Below are positions 1 to 12,489 of a DNA stretch of 64,000 nucleotides, one piece after another. Each line of letters begins with the position of its first letter. Position 1 is the stretch's first letter. The stretch is taken from contig OZ024758.1 in the NCBI GenBank assembly GCA_964016885.1, positions 25,606,001 to 25,670,000 on the forward strand, in the 5' to 3' direction. The DNA is from Eledone cirrhosa. Lineage: Eukaryota. Position numbers and translations under genes: made by a program. The notes beneath the pieces are model-generated. The model saw only the letters and a program-made list of their open reading frames with translations, was not told the DNA's origin and did not search any database.

Positions 1-73
1 CTTCTACTCCTAACTTTTCTTTATTTTACAATAATTCAAATAAAGAAGATGGCAAGTTGGTAAAAAAAAAAAT

Positions 74-255
74 GTTTCTTCTTTTTGGCACAAGGCCAGC
101 AATTACCCAGTGCATTACTGGTACTTTATTTTATCGACCCCGTAAGGATGAAAGGCAAAGTTAACCTCGGCGGGATTTGAACTCAGAATGGCAAGGGCCG
201 TAACTCTATGCGTCAAAGCATGGCGTCCGACCCTCTACTGATTCTGCCAATCCAC
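74..255 (-). mobile_element. tRNA-derived SINE family A (Deu/Nin-like central domain)
   Basis: Shares GCCTTTCATCCTTACGGGGTCGATAAAATAAAGTACCAG core with about 25 copies in the window. Confidence 0.85.
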
Positions 256-359
256 AAAATAATAAAGCGATCAACTAAATGTTTTACATTAAGGTAGAGC
301 GCCGGACAACATGCTTTGTGCGGTATATAGAGCAAAGTAAATGTTGGATTAGCATCATC

Positions 360-632
360 ATCATCATTCGTCGACTACTGTCGAGATGATGGATCTCACT
401 CTCATGCCCCAGAAATCCCTGTTCCCCATCGCTGCCCCAGGTCCTGTCTACTGATTCCCGTATCACTAGAGATAACGTCAGGGAATGACAGCTTCCTACT
501 CCTAGTCAGGCTGGAGTCAGGGTTCCAGAGCAAGAGAGCGGATATGATTTCATTGCTGGCACGGTGACAGTGGCCAGCAAATTGAGCTCTCCGGGATTTT
601 AGAAGGGCAGAGGCTCGAGGGAGTTTGCCATA
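360..632 (-). mobile_element. RTE-clade LINE 3' fragment
   Basis: Translates to IYGKLPRASALLKSRRAQFAGHCHR..LLLW, followed by a (GAT)n tail. Confidence 0.7.
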
Positions 633-1745
633 GATTAGCAGTATCGGTAGAGCGCCGGACACCATGCTTTGTGCGGTCTATAGAGCAAAGTAAATGATAG
701 ATTAGCAGTATCGGTAGAGCGTAAGACACCATGCTTTGTGCGGTATATAGAGCAAAGTAAATGTTGGATTAGCAGTATCGGTAGAGCGTCAGACACCATG
801 CTTTGTGCGGTATATAGAGCAAAGTAAATGTTGGATTAGCAGTATCGGTAGAGCGTCGGACAACATGCCTTGTGCAGTATATAGAGCAAAGTAAATGTTG
901 GATTAGCAGTATCGGTAGAGCGTCAGACACCATGCTTTGTGCGGTATATAGAGCAAAGTAAATGTTGGATTAGCAGTATCGGTAGAGCGTCAGACAACAT
1001 ACCTTGTGCGGTATATAGAGCAAAATAAATGATAGATTAGCAGTATCGGTAGAGCGTCAGACAACATGCCTTGTGCGGTATATAGAGCAAAGTAAATGTT
1101 GGATTAGCAGTATCGGTAGAGCGTCAGACACCATGCTTTGTGCGGTATATAGAGCAAAGTAAATGTTGGATTAGCAGTATCGGTAGAGCGTCAGACACCA
1201 TGCCTTGTGCGGTATATAGAGCAAAGTAAATGATAGATTAGCAGTATCGGTAGAGCGTCGGGCACCATGCTTTGTGCGGTATATAGAGCAAAGTAAATGA
1301 TAGATTAGCAGTATCGGTAGAGCGTCAGACAACATGCTTTGTGCGGTATATAGAGCAAAGTAAATGATAGATTAGCAGTATCGGTAGAGCGTCAGACAAC
1401 ATGCTTTGTGCGGTATATAGAGCAAAGTAAATGATAGATTAGCAGTATCGGTAGAGCGTCAGACAACATGCCTTGTGCGGTATATAGAGCAAAGTAAATG
1501 TTGGATTAGTAGTATCGGTAGAGCGTCAGACAACATACCTTGTGCGGTATATAGAGCAAAGTAAATGATAGATTAGCAGTATCGGTAGAGCGTCAGACAA
1601 CATGCCTTGTGCGGTATATAGAACAAAGTAAATGTTGGATTAGCAGTATCGGTAGAGCGTCAGACAACATGCCTTGTGCGGTATATAAAGCAAAGTAAAT
1701 GTTGGATTGGTAGTATCGGTAGAGCGTCAGACAACATGCTTTGCA
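633..1745 (+). repeat. 67-bp minisatellite (~16 copies) built from the SINE-A 5' head
   Basis: Unit ttagcagtatcggtagagcgtcagacaccatgctttgtgcggtatatagagcaaagtaaatgttgga; runs directly into a SINE body at 1745-1890. Confidence 0.95.
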
Positions 1746-1890
1746 GCATAGAGTTATAGCCCTTTACGTTCTGAGTTCAAATCCCGTTGAGGTTAACTTT
1801 GCCTTTCATCCTAACGGGATCGATAAAATAAAGTACCAGTAATACACTGGGGTAATTGTTGGCCTTGTACCAAAAATAGAAGCAATTATT
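1700..1890 (+). mobile_element. SINE family A, full-length
   Basis: A box TGGTAGTATCGG, B box GAGTTCAAATCC, core domain, AT-rich tail. Confidence 0.85.
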
Positions 1891-2809
1891 TACGTGGATT
1901 GTCAGTAATAGGTAGAGCGTCGAACAATATGCTTTACGCGGCATATAGTTACGTCCCTTTACGTCCCGAATTCAAATCCTACCGAAGTTAGCTTTGCCTT
2001 TCATCCTTACTAGGTCGATAAAATAAATATGGTTTTATAAAGATAGTTTCCATTTATTAATATTATTGATATACATATACATATACATATATATATATAT
2101 ATACAGCTCTGAGTTATTCATCCTCAGTGTATACTGATTAATGGTTAACATATGTTGATGCTCTAAGGACAGACACTGGTCTGTTGGAGACGCAGGAAAT
2201 GGCAGCGATAATGAGGGACAGAGACCGCTGGAGAGAACTCGTCCATGGATCTCGGGAATTTTACCCGCCTTAGATAGATATATATATACACAAATATATA
2301 TATAAGAGAATGCAACAACATGGGAAAACAATACAGTACAGATTATTAGTTTGACGTTTGATACAATAAGAAAATAGTCTTAAAATTTCGGATGTTAGTT
2401 CTTCATCGAAAGATAGAAAAATAGAAGAGAGTAAGAAAATAAAGACAACAAACATTTAGAGGTGAGTGTTGGTAAAGTAAATGCGTATTCATTTGATTTA
2501 ACTTATTAACTTATTAAAAACTGCAATGAAGGAGATGGAAAGTTAAGTTATTACCTGAAAACCCTGATTTGGTATCGATAGTTCCTGTAGCTTTGCACAT
2601 CTTTAAACATTGGCTGTTTATATTTTTACAATGGTATAAACCAATACTCGAACAAAACTAGTAACTTTCACCTGAGACTTACGGTGAATTATTCCCCTCA
2701 CTAAAAAAAAAAAATGAAAATTATTTCTGAATATATTATCTACGAGGACACCATCAGCCAATGAAACTGCTTAAAAAGGTCACCTAGTCCAAAGAGGGGA
2801 GATAACAAA

Positions 2810-3110
2810 AACTACGACGACGGCGAGTGTTCCAATTGATACGATCGACGGTACGGCCTGATCATGAAATTAACGTACAAGTGACTGAGCATTCTACAAA
2901 CACACGTACTTATAATGTAGTTCTCAGGGAGATTCAGCATGACACAGAATGTGACAAGGCTGGTCTTTTGATTTACAGTTACAACTCACATTTGCCAACT
3001 GAGTGAACTAGAGCAACGTGAAATAAAGTGTCTTGTTCAAGGACACAATGTACTGCTGGGAATCGAGCTCACATCCTTACGATCTTGAGCTGAATACCCT
3101 AACCACAAAG
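2810..3110 (-). mobile_element. tRNA/CORE-like SINE (family D)
   Basis: tRNA-like head plus GTGTCCTTGAACAAGACACTTTATTTCACGTTGCTC CORE-like domain on the minus strand. Confidence 0.65.
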
Positions 3111-3424
3111 CATTTAGGTGATATCCAATTATTCAACATACAATACAAATGGGTCTGACTATGTGAAGAAATAACAAAAAGACATCCAATCTAAAGCTTT
3201 CTCCCTCCTGTTGAAGAAACCCCACTCAGGTTGACCTTCATTGCTTTCTCTTTGGTTTTAGTTATGTCAGGAGTATAGCCGTACTCACCACGCTTAGTTA
3301 ATTGCGGGTTGGTGAAGCTATTTAACCCATTGTTGGGGTCAATGGCCGTTGACTCCGACGAATTCATCCTCCTTTTTTACAACTCTTATTTATTGTGCTA
3401 CAGACATATGTCTGAAGTCTGTCT

Positions 3425-3712
3425 TAAGCCAGAAGGCTCGTTAGGCCGGTGTTTATCTCGGTTACATGGCGTGAAGTAACTGAGAGTACAAGACTCCCCG
3501 ACCCCCCCCCCCCCCGGGCAGGACGCCAGTCCATCACAGGGTTAAACCTCCAGCTATTGCTGGTACTAATTTTCAGCTGAGTATAATGGAGTAGCTTGAA
3601 ATGAAGTGTTTTACTCAAGAACACAATACAACACAGAACCCAGCCCAGGAATCGAACCCATGACATTACAATTGTAAGCCCAACACCCTTACCACTAGAT
3701 CATGCGCCTCCA
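3425..3712 (-). mobile_element. tRNA/CORE-like SINE with V-domain-like segment (family C)
   Basis: AACCCTGTGATGGACTGGCGTCCTG segment; related copies at ~27520-28215, 32890-33310 and 63180-63445. Confidence 0.7.
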
Positions 3713-4641
3713 CGCTGCAGACATAAAGACCACTAAATAACAGTATTACACTTAGACGTACGAGCAAAATATTTCAATGTTGGGTGGCTAAATATTTTTT
3801 TGTATTTTTTGCCTTGAAAATCTTTCAAATTGCCTGGAAAAATAAGGGTTTCTGAATTGGGCACAAGGCCGAAAATTCTTTTGGTGGAAGGGAAAGTCAA
3901 TAAAATCAACCCTTGTGCGTTGCTGATACTTTATTCTATCGACCCCGTAGGGATGAAAGGCAAAGCTAACCTCAGCGGGATTTGAACTCAGAACGTAAAG
4001 GGCTGTAACGCTATGCTGTGTCCAGTGAGTCTTTCCTGAGATATTCTAACCACATGCCCATAGTATCGGAGCCGTGATCTCTCAGTTCGGAGAAGTGTTG
4101 GCTCTACCTAGAGTGACTCTCTAATCTCCGAGTTACAAACTTTATCGAGTAACGTTACTCCAAAGACCCTTTAGAGTTTTTGGAGTATCGTTAACAACTG
4201 CCAAAAAAAAAATTAAAAAAATTAATAATAATGATAATAATTGTTTCTACTTTTGGCACAAGGCCAGCAATTACCCAGTGCATTACTGGTACTTTATTTT
4301 ATCGACCCCGTAAGGATGAAAGGCAAAGTCAACCTCGGCGGGATTTGAACTCGGGACGTAACTATGCTAGAAAGCAAATGATAATAATTGTTTCTACATT
4401 TGGCACAAGGCCAGCAATTACCCCAGTGCATTACTGGTACTTTATTTTATCGACCCCCGTAAGGATGAAAGGCAAAAATGATAATAATAAAAATAAATAA
4501 GATTTGTTTCTATCAAAAGTAAGTATGATGACCAATCTCTGGAATTTGAAAAGAATTATTTTAGTAATATAGGGTTTGTGATAATCTCACCAATAAAAGA
4601 TATTTATAATTGTTGAAAGGGGTCAGATTATTATCATAACA

Positions 4642-4895
4642 CAGACCTACCAACCCCTAAAAGCCCAAACGGGAGTACCATTAAAAAAGTGCCTCAAAAT
4701 GGGGGAGATTTTACATAATTGTTTCTACCATTGGCACAAGGCCAGCAATTATCCCAGTGTATTACTGGTACTTTATTTTATCGACCCGATAAGGATGAAA
4801 GGCAAATACCCATTTTCACAAGAGAAGACATCTCTCACCCACCCCAAAGTGGAGTGGGAGATCTCCCTGTCGGACGGGGAGAGTTGACAGGTCTG
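4642..4895. mobile_element. hAT-like MITE (CAGACCTGCCAAC termini) with nested SINE-A fragment at 4718-4807
   Basis: Terminal inverted repeats cagacctaccaac / gttgacaggtctg; related copies at 6275, 19746, 19937 and 56457. Confidence 0.65.
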
Positions 4896-4949
4896 GCATC
4901 AAATTCTAACTGATTCAATTCAAAGTTAGTCTCAAAGATCTACACAAGT

Positions 4950-5404
4950 CAGTGCATCTGTGTGTGCGTGTGTATGTGTTTGTATGTGAGTGTGTGTGTA
5001 TGTGTATGTCTGTGAATGTGTGAGTGTGAGTGTATTTGTGTAGGTCTGTGTGTGTATGTGTATGTCTGCGTATGAGTGTATGTGTGTGAATGTGTGTGTG
5101 AGTGTATTTGTGTTTGTGTATGTCTGTGTGTATGTGTACGCCTGTGTATGAGTGTATGTGTGCGAATGTGTGTGAGTGTATTTGTGTCTGTATATGTCTG
5201 TGTGTATGTGTTCGCCTGTGTATGAGTGTATGTGTGCGAATGTGTGTGTGAGTGTATTTGTGTCTGTGTGTGTATGTGTATGTCTGCGTATGTGCGTATG
5301 AGTGTATGTGTGCGAATGTGTGTGTGTGTGAGTGTATTTGTGTATGTGATGTGTGTATGTCTGTGTGTGTATGTGTATGTCTGCGTATCAGTGTATGTGT
5401 GTGA

Positions 5405-5458
<54 letters not shown>

Positions 5459-5480
5459 ATTTGTGTCTGTGTGTGTGTGA
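4950..5480. repeat. (GT)n-derived cryptic microsatellite/minisatellite
   Basis: Degenerate TG/TGTA repeats; source of the His/Thr- and Cys/Val-rich spurious ORFs. Confidence 0.9.
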
Positions 5481-5627
5481 ATTTGAGAAATTTGGAATTG
5501 AAAGTCAAAGTTCAGAAGATGATGGAATTCAAATGATAATGCTAGATAACATCCAAACATCCTAGCAATGTGTGAAAGTATTTAGAATATCTTCAATCAA
5601 ATTATCCAAACCTTAATATATATTATA

Positions 5628-6147
5628 CATGGTGATTGAAAAGGAACTCCCTATTGAATGGCGAAAGGTAGCTCACCATGCTGCAAGATGAAATCTGCCC
5701 AGTTATCAGTACTTGGGAGAATATTGAAGATTTGATTTGGCTATTGTTGTTCGTGAATGGCTGAATACTCATTTCCCTGGGAGATGGATATGTCGTCATG
5801 GTCCGCCCGAGTGGCCAGCCAGAAGCCCTGACTTAACACCCTGTGACTTTTTCTTTGGGGTTGGTTAAAGGAGCAAGTCTATTCTACCAAACCAACGACT
5901 TTGGAAGAACTTGAAGGATGAATACAAGAAGGTTATGTCTTCCATCCCACAAGAGTTCCTGGTGAAATCAGTTGATGTGGTTCCCGGGCAGCTTTAAAAG
6001 CTGGTGGCAAATGTTGGTGCCCATATCGAATTTTAAATAAAACTCCATTCTATACGCTTTCTTCTCGTATTTATTTCTTGTAAAAATTATAGTTAAGAAA
6101 TAAATTATAAGAATTTCAAAACAGGGAGTTACTTTTCAATCACCCTG
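5628..6147 (+). mobile_element. Internally deleted Tc1/mariner element (rosa/DD41D-like)
   Basis: TA-flanked TIRs CATGGTGATTGAAAAGGAACTCCC / GGGAGTTACTTTTCAATCACCCTG; degenerate transposase VREWLNTHFPGRWI..WPARSPDLTPCDFF. Confidence 0.85.
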
Positions 6148-6518
6148 TATATTAATATATGTATTTAATCTATCATTAACAAGAAATGACTTCTGAATTT
6201 CAGTTAGTAAAGGTGGTATTGGTGATATTACTGTGTCACATGTTGATAGAAATAAATATAAATCTGGATGTAAGCAGACCTGCCAACCTCTAAAAACTCA
6301 AAAGGGGAGTTCCATGAAAAAAAGTGCCCCAAAACAGGGAGAAATGAAGCAAAATGGGGAGATTTTACATAATGAAAGCTATAGCTCTATATAAGAGAGG
6401 ACATCACAGGAACACAGTATTAATGATATCAACAGAAGCTGGTTAGTTGTTGATCACTGTAAAACTATTAATAATTCCGAAGCAAGCATTTTGTTTTGAA
6501 GACAGTGAGCGAAGTTTG

Positions 6519-6756
6519 AAATTTAGTAGAAATAGAAGCTTTTGCTGTATTTTTGACTAAAGAAATTAGTCTGATAGTGGGGTTTAAACCCTCTAAAAAA
6601 TGGAAAAGGATGAGTGTTGACATACATGGGAGTCGAACCCACATATTTAGTTATATGTCAATGTTCGTCCCCTTCCATTTAAAGGATTTTAAACCCCACT
6701 ATCAGGCTAATTTCTTTAGTCAAAATACAGCGAAAGTTTCTATTTCTACTAAATTT
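6519..6756. mobile_element. Fold-back element with tRNA-like apex (same family as 34043-34310)
   Basis: About 100-bp imperfect inverted arms; loop contains GTGGGTTCGACTCCCAT on the minus strand. Confidence 0.8.
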
Positions 6757-7534
6757 TAATAATTCATCTACTTAGATACTCAGTCTATGCCTAGCTTAAA
6801 TGACTTTGGTTAACAAAATGTCTTCTTACAAAGTATTTAATTCTATTGACTCAAGTAACATATACCGTAATTATGTTGAATCCAGTTAGTAAAGTAATTT
6901 ACCACTTTCAATACTACTGCACGTTCTCAACAGATTATAGCCAATCCTTTTTGCGAAATGAGTTAGAAGCATGTGCCAAGTGGTAAAACAAAACAATGAT
7001 TTATCTAATTTTGTGTGTATGTGGGGGCCTTGTTCATAAATCTAATTTAAATAATGATACATGTAAATGATACAACTAAATCTATTTGTAATCTTAGTTG
7101 TTAAATTAATCATAACAAATTGTGTCTTGACCCCTGCACGTTTAACTCCACTTAAAGAAATGTCTGTGGCTACTAATAAACAATCCTATTTTGTATTACA
7201 AACATATATTTGCTTATTATACCCAAATGAGTTCCCTGCTTATCTGAAAGATTAAAACCTCTAAATCAATGCACAGTTTCCCCCTTTCAGTCAACACTGT
7301 ATCAGCAATCTGTGACGTAACCCTTCTAATACCAACCTCCCCAGAACCACCTTTGGTCTATGAAACAATACCACTATTTTAAAGGATTCCTATTTCAGTT
7401 AACCTGTTGACTGCTGCGTATATTTTACACAGCTACAGTTGCTGTGCTGGGGGGGGGGGGGGGGGGGGGGGTTCCAGTAAAATGACTATTTTGATTGACA
7501 AACGTCACATCAATAAACTATTAATCCCATCTAG

Positions 7535-7857
7535 CTTTGAAGTTATGAACTGTTGGAAACAAGTTCACAACTTTGAAGTTATGAACTGTTGGAAAGGAGT
7601 TCAAAACTTTGAAGTTATGAACTGTTGGAAAGGAGTTCATAACTTTGAAGTTATGAACTGTTGGAAACAAGTTCACAACTTTGAAGTTATGAACTGTTGG
7701 AAACAAGTTCACAACTTTGAAGTTATGAACTGTTGGAAAGGAGTTCATAACTTTGAAATTATGAACTGTTGGAAACAAGTTCACAACTTTGAAGTTATGA
7801 ACTGTTGGAAAGGAGTTCATAACTTTGAAATTATGAACTGTTGGAAACAAGTTCAAA
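7535..7857. repeat. 33-bp minisatellite (~10 copies) inside a TTAA-ended element (7400-7945)
   Basis: Unit ctttgaagttatgaactgttggaaaggagttcataa-like; same unit and flanks at 39290-39965. Confidence 0.93.
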
Positions 7858-8450
7858 CATGTTAGGGCAAGTTATCTCGTCCGTGGCACTGGTATACATA
7901 CATGTTAGGATGAGTTATCTTGTCTACAGCACTGAAGAGGTTAAAACCTTCCAACATATATTTTTATCTTTTGTTAAATTATGTTAGGCAGCAAATTGGC
8001 TGAATTGTTAGAATGTCAGATAGAATGGTTTGTGGTATTTGTTCTGGTTCTCTGCTCTCTCAGTTCAACTCCTTATGTATGTCTCCTCACATTTCTTCAA
8101 AACTACAGGAATAAGCATGAAAATCTAGCTTTCTTGACCAGAAAGTTATTATTGAGGAGGTACTTAGATAGTGACTAATACCACCACTTAGCATTTGGCT
8201 GCTTTTAAGCATCCAAATCAGGTCTCTGGTTTGAAGATACATTGCTCCCTACTTCTCACAAGTCTTTTGGGGCTCTGAAAAGGGCCATGGACATGGCCCT
8301 CCCTCCTGACCAAGAGATTAAAAAAATCAAACTCCTCAATTTTAAGAAATGACAATAATCAAAATAATATGTATCACTAAATTCGAAGCATGTTAGTTTA
8401 TCAAGTGAATTGATATTGCAGTTATGAACCTGCTTGAATTGAACAGCAAA

Positions 8451-9150
8451 ATTAACCCTTTAGCATTCACATTACTCTATATATACTATTATATTTTCAT
8501 GGTAAAGGCTTTACCTCACATAATATCGAATCTATGAGATTTTGAAAGTATTTATTTTGAGAATAAACATTATATAAACATTAAATCCCTTAACATCAGT
8601 TTGAGCGACCAGTTACTGCCAGTTTCAACAGAAAGAGGTAGAGAATTCTAGCCAGTTTTGGCCAGTTTGAACATTAAAGGGAGACAGTGATTCTTTTTAA
8701 TTCTTTAGCATTTAAATAGGCTGTATCCAGTCAGAATTTTCTCACCTCCTTCTGCTCAAACCAGCTGCCCATACCGATGTTAAAATATTGTTCTCAAAAC
8801 AAATAACAAAATCTCGTAGATTCAATATTATGTGAGATAAAGTGTTTAGTGTGAAAATACAATAGTAAATACTAAAGGGTTAAATATGCCATATCCAGCC
8901 AGAATTCTCTCGCCTCTTTCTATTTAAACCAGCCGTATCCAGCCAGGATTCTTTCACCTCTTTCTATTTAAACCAGCTGTATCCAGCCAGAATTCTCTCA
9001 CCTCTTTCTGTTTAAACCAGCCACTCATACTGACATTGAGATATTGTTCTCAAAATAAATATCATCATCAAAATCTTGTAGATTTAATATTATGTGAGAT
9101 AAAGCCTTTATAGTGAAAATACAATAGTAAATATAGAGTAATGTAAATGG
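8451..9150. mobile_element. Cluster of three piggyBac-type MITE copies
   Basis: TTAA|CCCTTTAGCATT termini, same family as 52770-53000. Confidence 0.75.
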
Positions 9151-9339
9151 TACTACTTAATATATCTGTATTTTTCACTCAGAATAATGTCTATATATAA
9201 ATATATAGAGCTAGTTTTTCAAAAGAAATTTACAATATAAATTAAAATTGCACTATTTTTTTCACATAACATGAAAATTTTAATTCATGTCGATTAAAAA
9301 CAAAAGTAAATTTCGCACTGCAAACTTACTGTAGCATCA

Positions 9340-10400
9340 TCATCATTTAACTTATGCTTTTCAAAACTTGCATGGGTTGGATGGATTTTCTCAAGCACAA
9401 TTTACCCTCACTTGTGTTCTTTCATTATCTCCTCTAAGAGGTTCAGCATTTTGTGCCCAGGTTTCCCTCTTCTGCAGCTTCCTTCCACTGGGAACACTTG
9501 GGACTTCATCACCTAATAATCTTCATCCATATGCATCACATGTCCACACCAATGCAGTCTTCTCTTTTGTACACTACATCTAATTCCTCTCATGCCCAGT
9601 TTTTCCTTCAGCTTGTCTGTGCTTCATTGTTGAAGCACACCAACATTAAACATTCAGTGAAGCACGCTAGGCTTTGCACATCCTCTGTATTCAATGCCCA
9701 TACCTCACTACCATGCCACTTTGCACTATGTACATCATACAGCCAGCTTTTCATTTATAGATAGAAACCATTTGTTATTGTTATCAACAGATGTAGTGGC
9801 TCACTGAACTTCTTCCATCTTGTTCTTGTTCCAGATATTATATTATCAGAACATCTTCCGTCACTGCTAATTAGGCCATCTAGGTAACAGAATCTCTCAA
9901 CTACTTCTATAGTACCTTCCAGTGATTGGAAAAAGTATATTCCACTGTGATTATTATTACCAACTCTCTCTGTACATCTACCATATAAAATCTATCTTTT
10001 CTGTCAACCTGTCTGCTATCCCACTCTTGTGTACCCATATTTTACACTGGGTACATCACATAGAGCTCATAACCTGTCTGCTATCCCATTCTTGTGTACC
10101 CATATTTTACATTGGGTACATCACATAGAGCTCATAACCTGTCTGCTATCCCACTCTTGTATACCCATATTTCACATTGGGTACATCATTTAGGGTTCCT
10201 ATCTATTCCTTTTCTACATAAGGAACCTGATGAGAGCACTGATCAGTCTTTTTCACTTTTCTACTTATAGAACTGTAGAATTTATGTACATCACTGTTGA
10301 ATAGTAAATGTCTGTTTTGCTCTCATATACTCACAAATACAGATGTCTTTGCTTTATTTATTGTATGCAACACTGTGCTAATAAAACCTGACAAACCTGA
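9340..10400 (-). mobile_element. Degenerate RTE LINE ORF2 3' part with internal 65-bp triplication (10006-10190)
   Basis: Minus-strand similarity to the RTE C-terminus (LHWCGHVM.M; TRWKKF.E) and (GAT)n tail. Confidence 0.65.
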
Positions 10401-10501
10401 CCTGTGAATATCAAAGTTAAACCTATCCCCTCCATTCAAAATAATGTCAGGGTTATCATATGAAAAGGGAAACATTTAACAATCAAATATTCATTTTTAG
10501 T

Positions 10502-11030
10502 GCTCCGATACTATGGACATGGGGTTAGAATGTCTCAGGAAAGAATCACAGGAGTCACTCCAAGTAGAGCCACTACTTCTCCGAATTAAGAGATCACAGC
10601 TCCGATACTATGGACATGGGGTTAGAATGTCTCAGGAAAGAATCACAGGAGTCACTCCAAGTAGAGCCACTACTTCTCCGAATTAAGAGATCACAGCTCC
10701 GATATTATGGACATGCGGTTAGAATGCCTCAGGAAAGAATCACAGGAGTCACTCCAGGTAGAGCCACTACTTCTCCGAATTAAGAGATCACAGCTCCGAT
10801 ACTATGGACATGTGGTTAGAATGTCTCAGGAAAGAATTGCTGGACAGATTTTATGGGCAAAACCAGCTGGTAGGAGACCCAGGGGTACACCCCGAGCAAG
10901 ACGGTTGGATAACATCCATGAGCTTGACTGGTCACGTTTGGGAATCCAGCTGGATCAATTGGAGACAGGAATAAATGTTTGAGGACTCTGCCTCCAGACC
11001 TTCTCAGGAATAAGTGGGCAAAGAAGAAGA
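10502..11030 (+). mobile_element. 5'-truncated RTE LINE whose 5' 97-bp segment is tandemly repeated ~3.4 times
   Basis: RIKRSQLRYYGHVVRMSQERIAGQILWAKPAGRRPRG; 97-bp period (10502, 10599, 10696). Confidence 0.85.
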
Positions 11031-12124
11031 AAAAGATGTTTGAAATCATTCTAATTTGTACATAGTATTTTCCAGATCTATGAAGTGCAGGGTCTCCAAG
11101 GCTACTGTCAAGGTCACTTTGCTATATAGTTCAGAGTCCTAGATTCTCAGTGTTGCTTGCTCAAGAAAACTTGATTCCTACACCAAAATGTCATGTGTGG
11201 TGTTCAACATTTTGTGGCAGAGTCGAACTAACAACAAAGTTCTTTGTAGTGCCCAGCCACAAGTTTCACTGTATGTTCGATCCCAACACTTGGCTCTAGC
11301 TGGTCATGTTTCCCGCCATAATGAACCTGCAGGGAATCTGCTTCTCTGGTTGGTCACCAGTTACAAAGAGCCAAGTAGTACGTCCAAACATAACCATCAG
11401 GAGTGTGTTGGCAAGGGACACTGGCCCTCACTGGAGAAGATATTCTTGCTGCAATGAGAGATCAGGAAGTCTGGAACAAGAGGTTTGTGTATGCTTCACC
11501 TTTGATGAAGGGATGACTCAAGAAGACGACAAACATATTCCAGCATAGACAAAATAAATGTAGAATAAATGTAGAATAAATGTAGAATAAATGTAGATCA
11601 CACTGAAAATAAAAGTTAAACATTTACAAATGGTAGCAAAGAAAGCAAAGAACAAAAAGATTTTTGTTGTTTTTAAGTTGAAAAGATTTATATATAGAGA
11701 TATATCTTTTATCATTTTTTTTTTTTCAGTATTTCAAGTTTATTGTTCAGGTAACCTGAATTTTTTAAATATATATATATAAATAAATACATAGTTCAAG
11801 AGAACTAGGATAGTTGGATACGAAAACAAACACAACAGGATTGGGTTGGAAAACGATGGCTGTTCAAATTATAAAATACATTAAAAAAAAACAAAAAAAA
11901 AAACACTTTTTTTTTTAATATTTCTCCCAATGATAAAAAATATAAGTTCACTAGAACTCCATTTATCCCAGAACTATATATATGTACATTGATGTGACCA
12001 TAGAGGAAAACTATTAACAAGTCTTACAAATACAGAGAAAACAAAAGAGCAATAGAACAGTTGACATTTTTTCCAATAGAAAACACTTTAAAACATACAA
12101 GTGTAAATGATGATTACAATGATA

Positions 12125-12410
12125 ACTGTGTGTGTGTATACGTGTGTGTGTGTGTGTATATATGTATGTGTGTGTGTGTATACATTTGTGTCTATATATA
12201 CATGTGTGTGTGTGTGTGTGTATACAGGTAGGTCTGTACACATGAATGTGTGTATACATGAATGTATTCAAATATGTGTGCATGTGTGTGTGTATGTTTG
12301 TGTGTGTGTGTGTGTATACATGTATGATGTATACATGTGTGTGTGTGTGTGTGTGTGCATACATGTGTGTGTATACATGTATGTGTGTATACATGAATAT
12401 ATACATGTGT
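12125..12410. repeat. (GT/AT) cryptic microsatellite
   Basis: Direct observation. Confidence 0.9.
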
Positions 12411-12489
12411 CGTATTTCTAAATATTGATGAAATATATATTTATATCGAATTGAGATTGAATACTTACATAATCAGACATACCATGATG

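Noticed and set aside
633-1745. CRISPR-like appearance of regular arrays (also 14790-15815, 57281-57900, 58769-60360)
   Set aside because: Units are contiguous with no unique spacers, most derive from SINE/LINE sequence, there are no cas genes, and the context is eukaryotic
4915-5565. His/Thr-rich and Cys/Val-rich ORFs (also 12014-12428, 18268-18524, 55787-56424)
   Set aside because: Translations of (CA/GT)n and AT-rich microsatellites
10227-10250. CTGATGAG hammerhead-like core
   Set aside because: No GAAA half or stems; lies within antisense RTE ORF2 sequence
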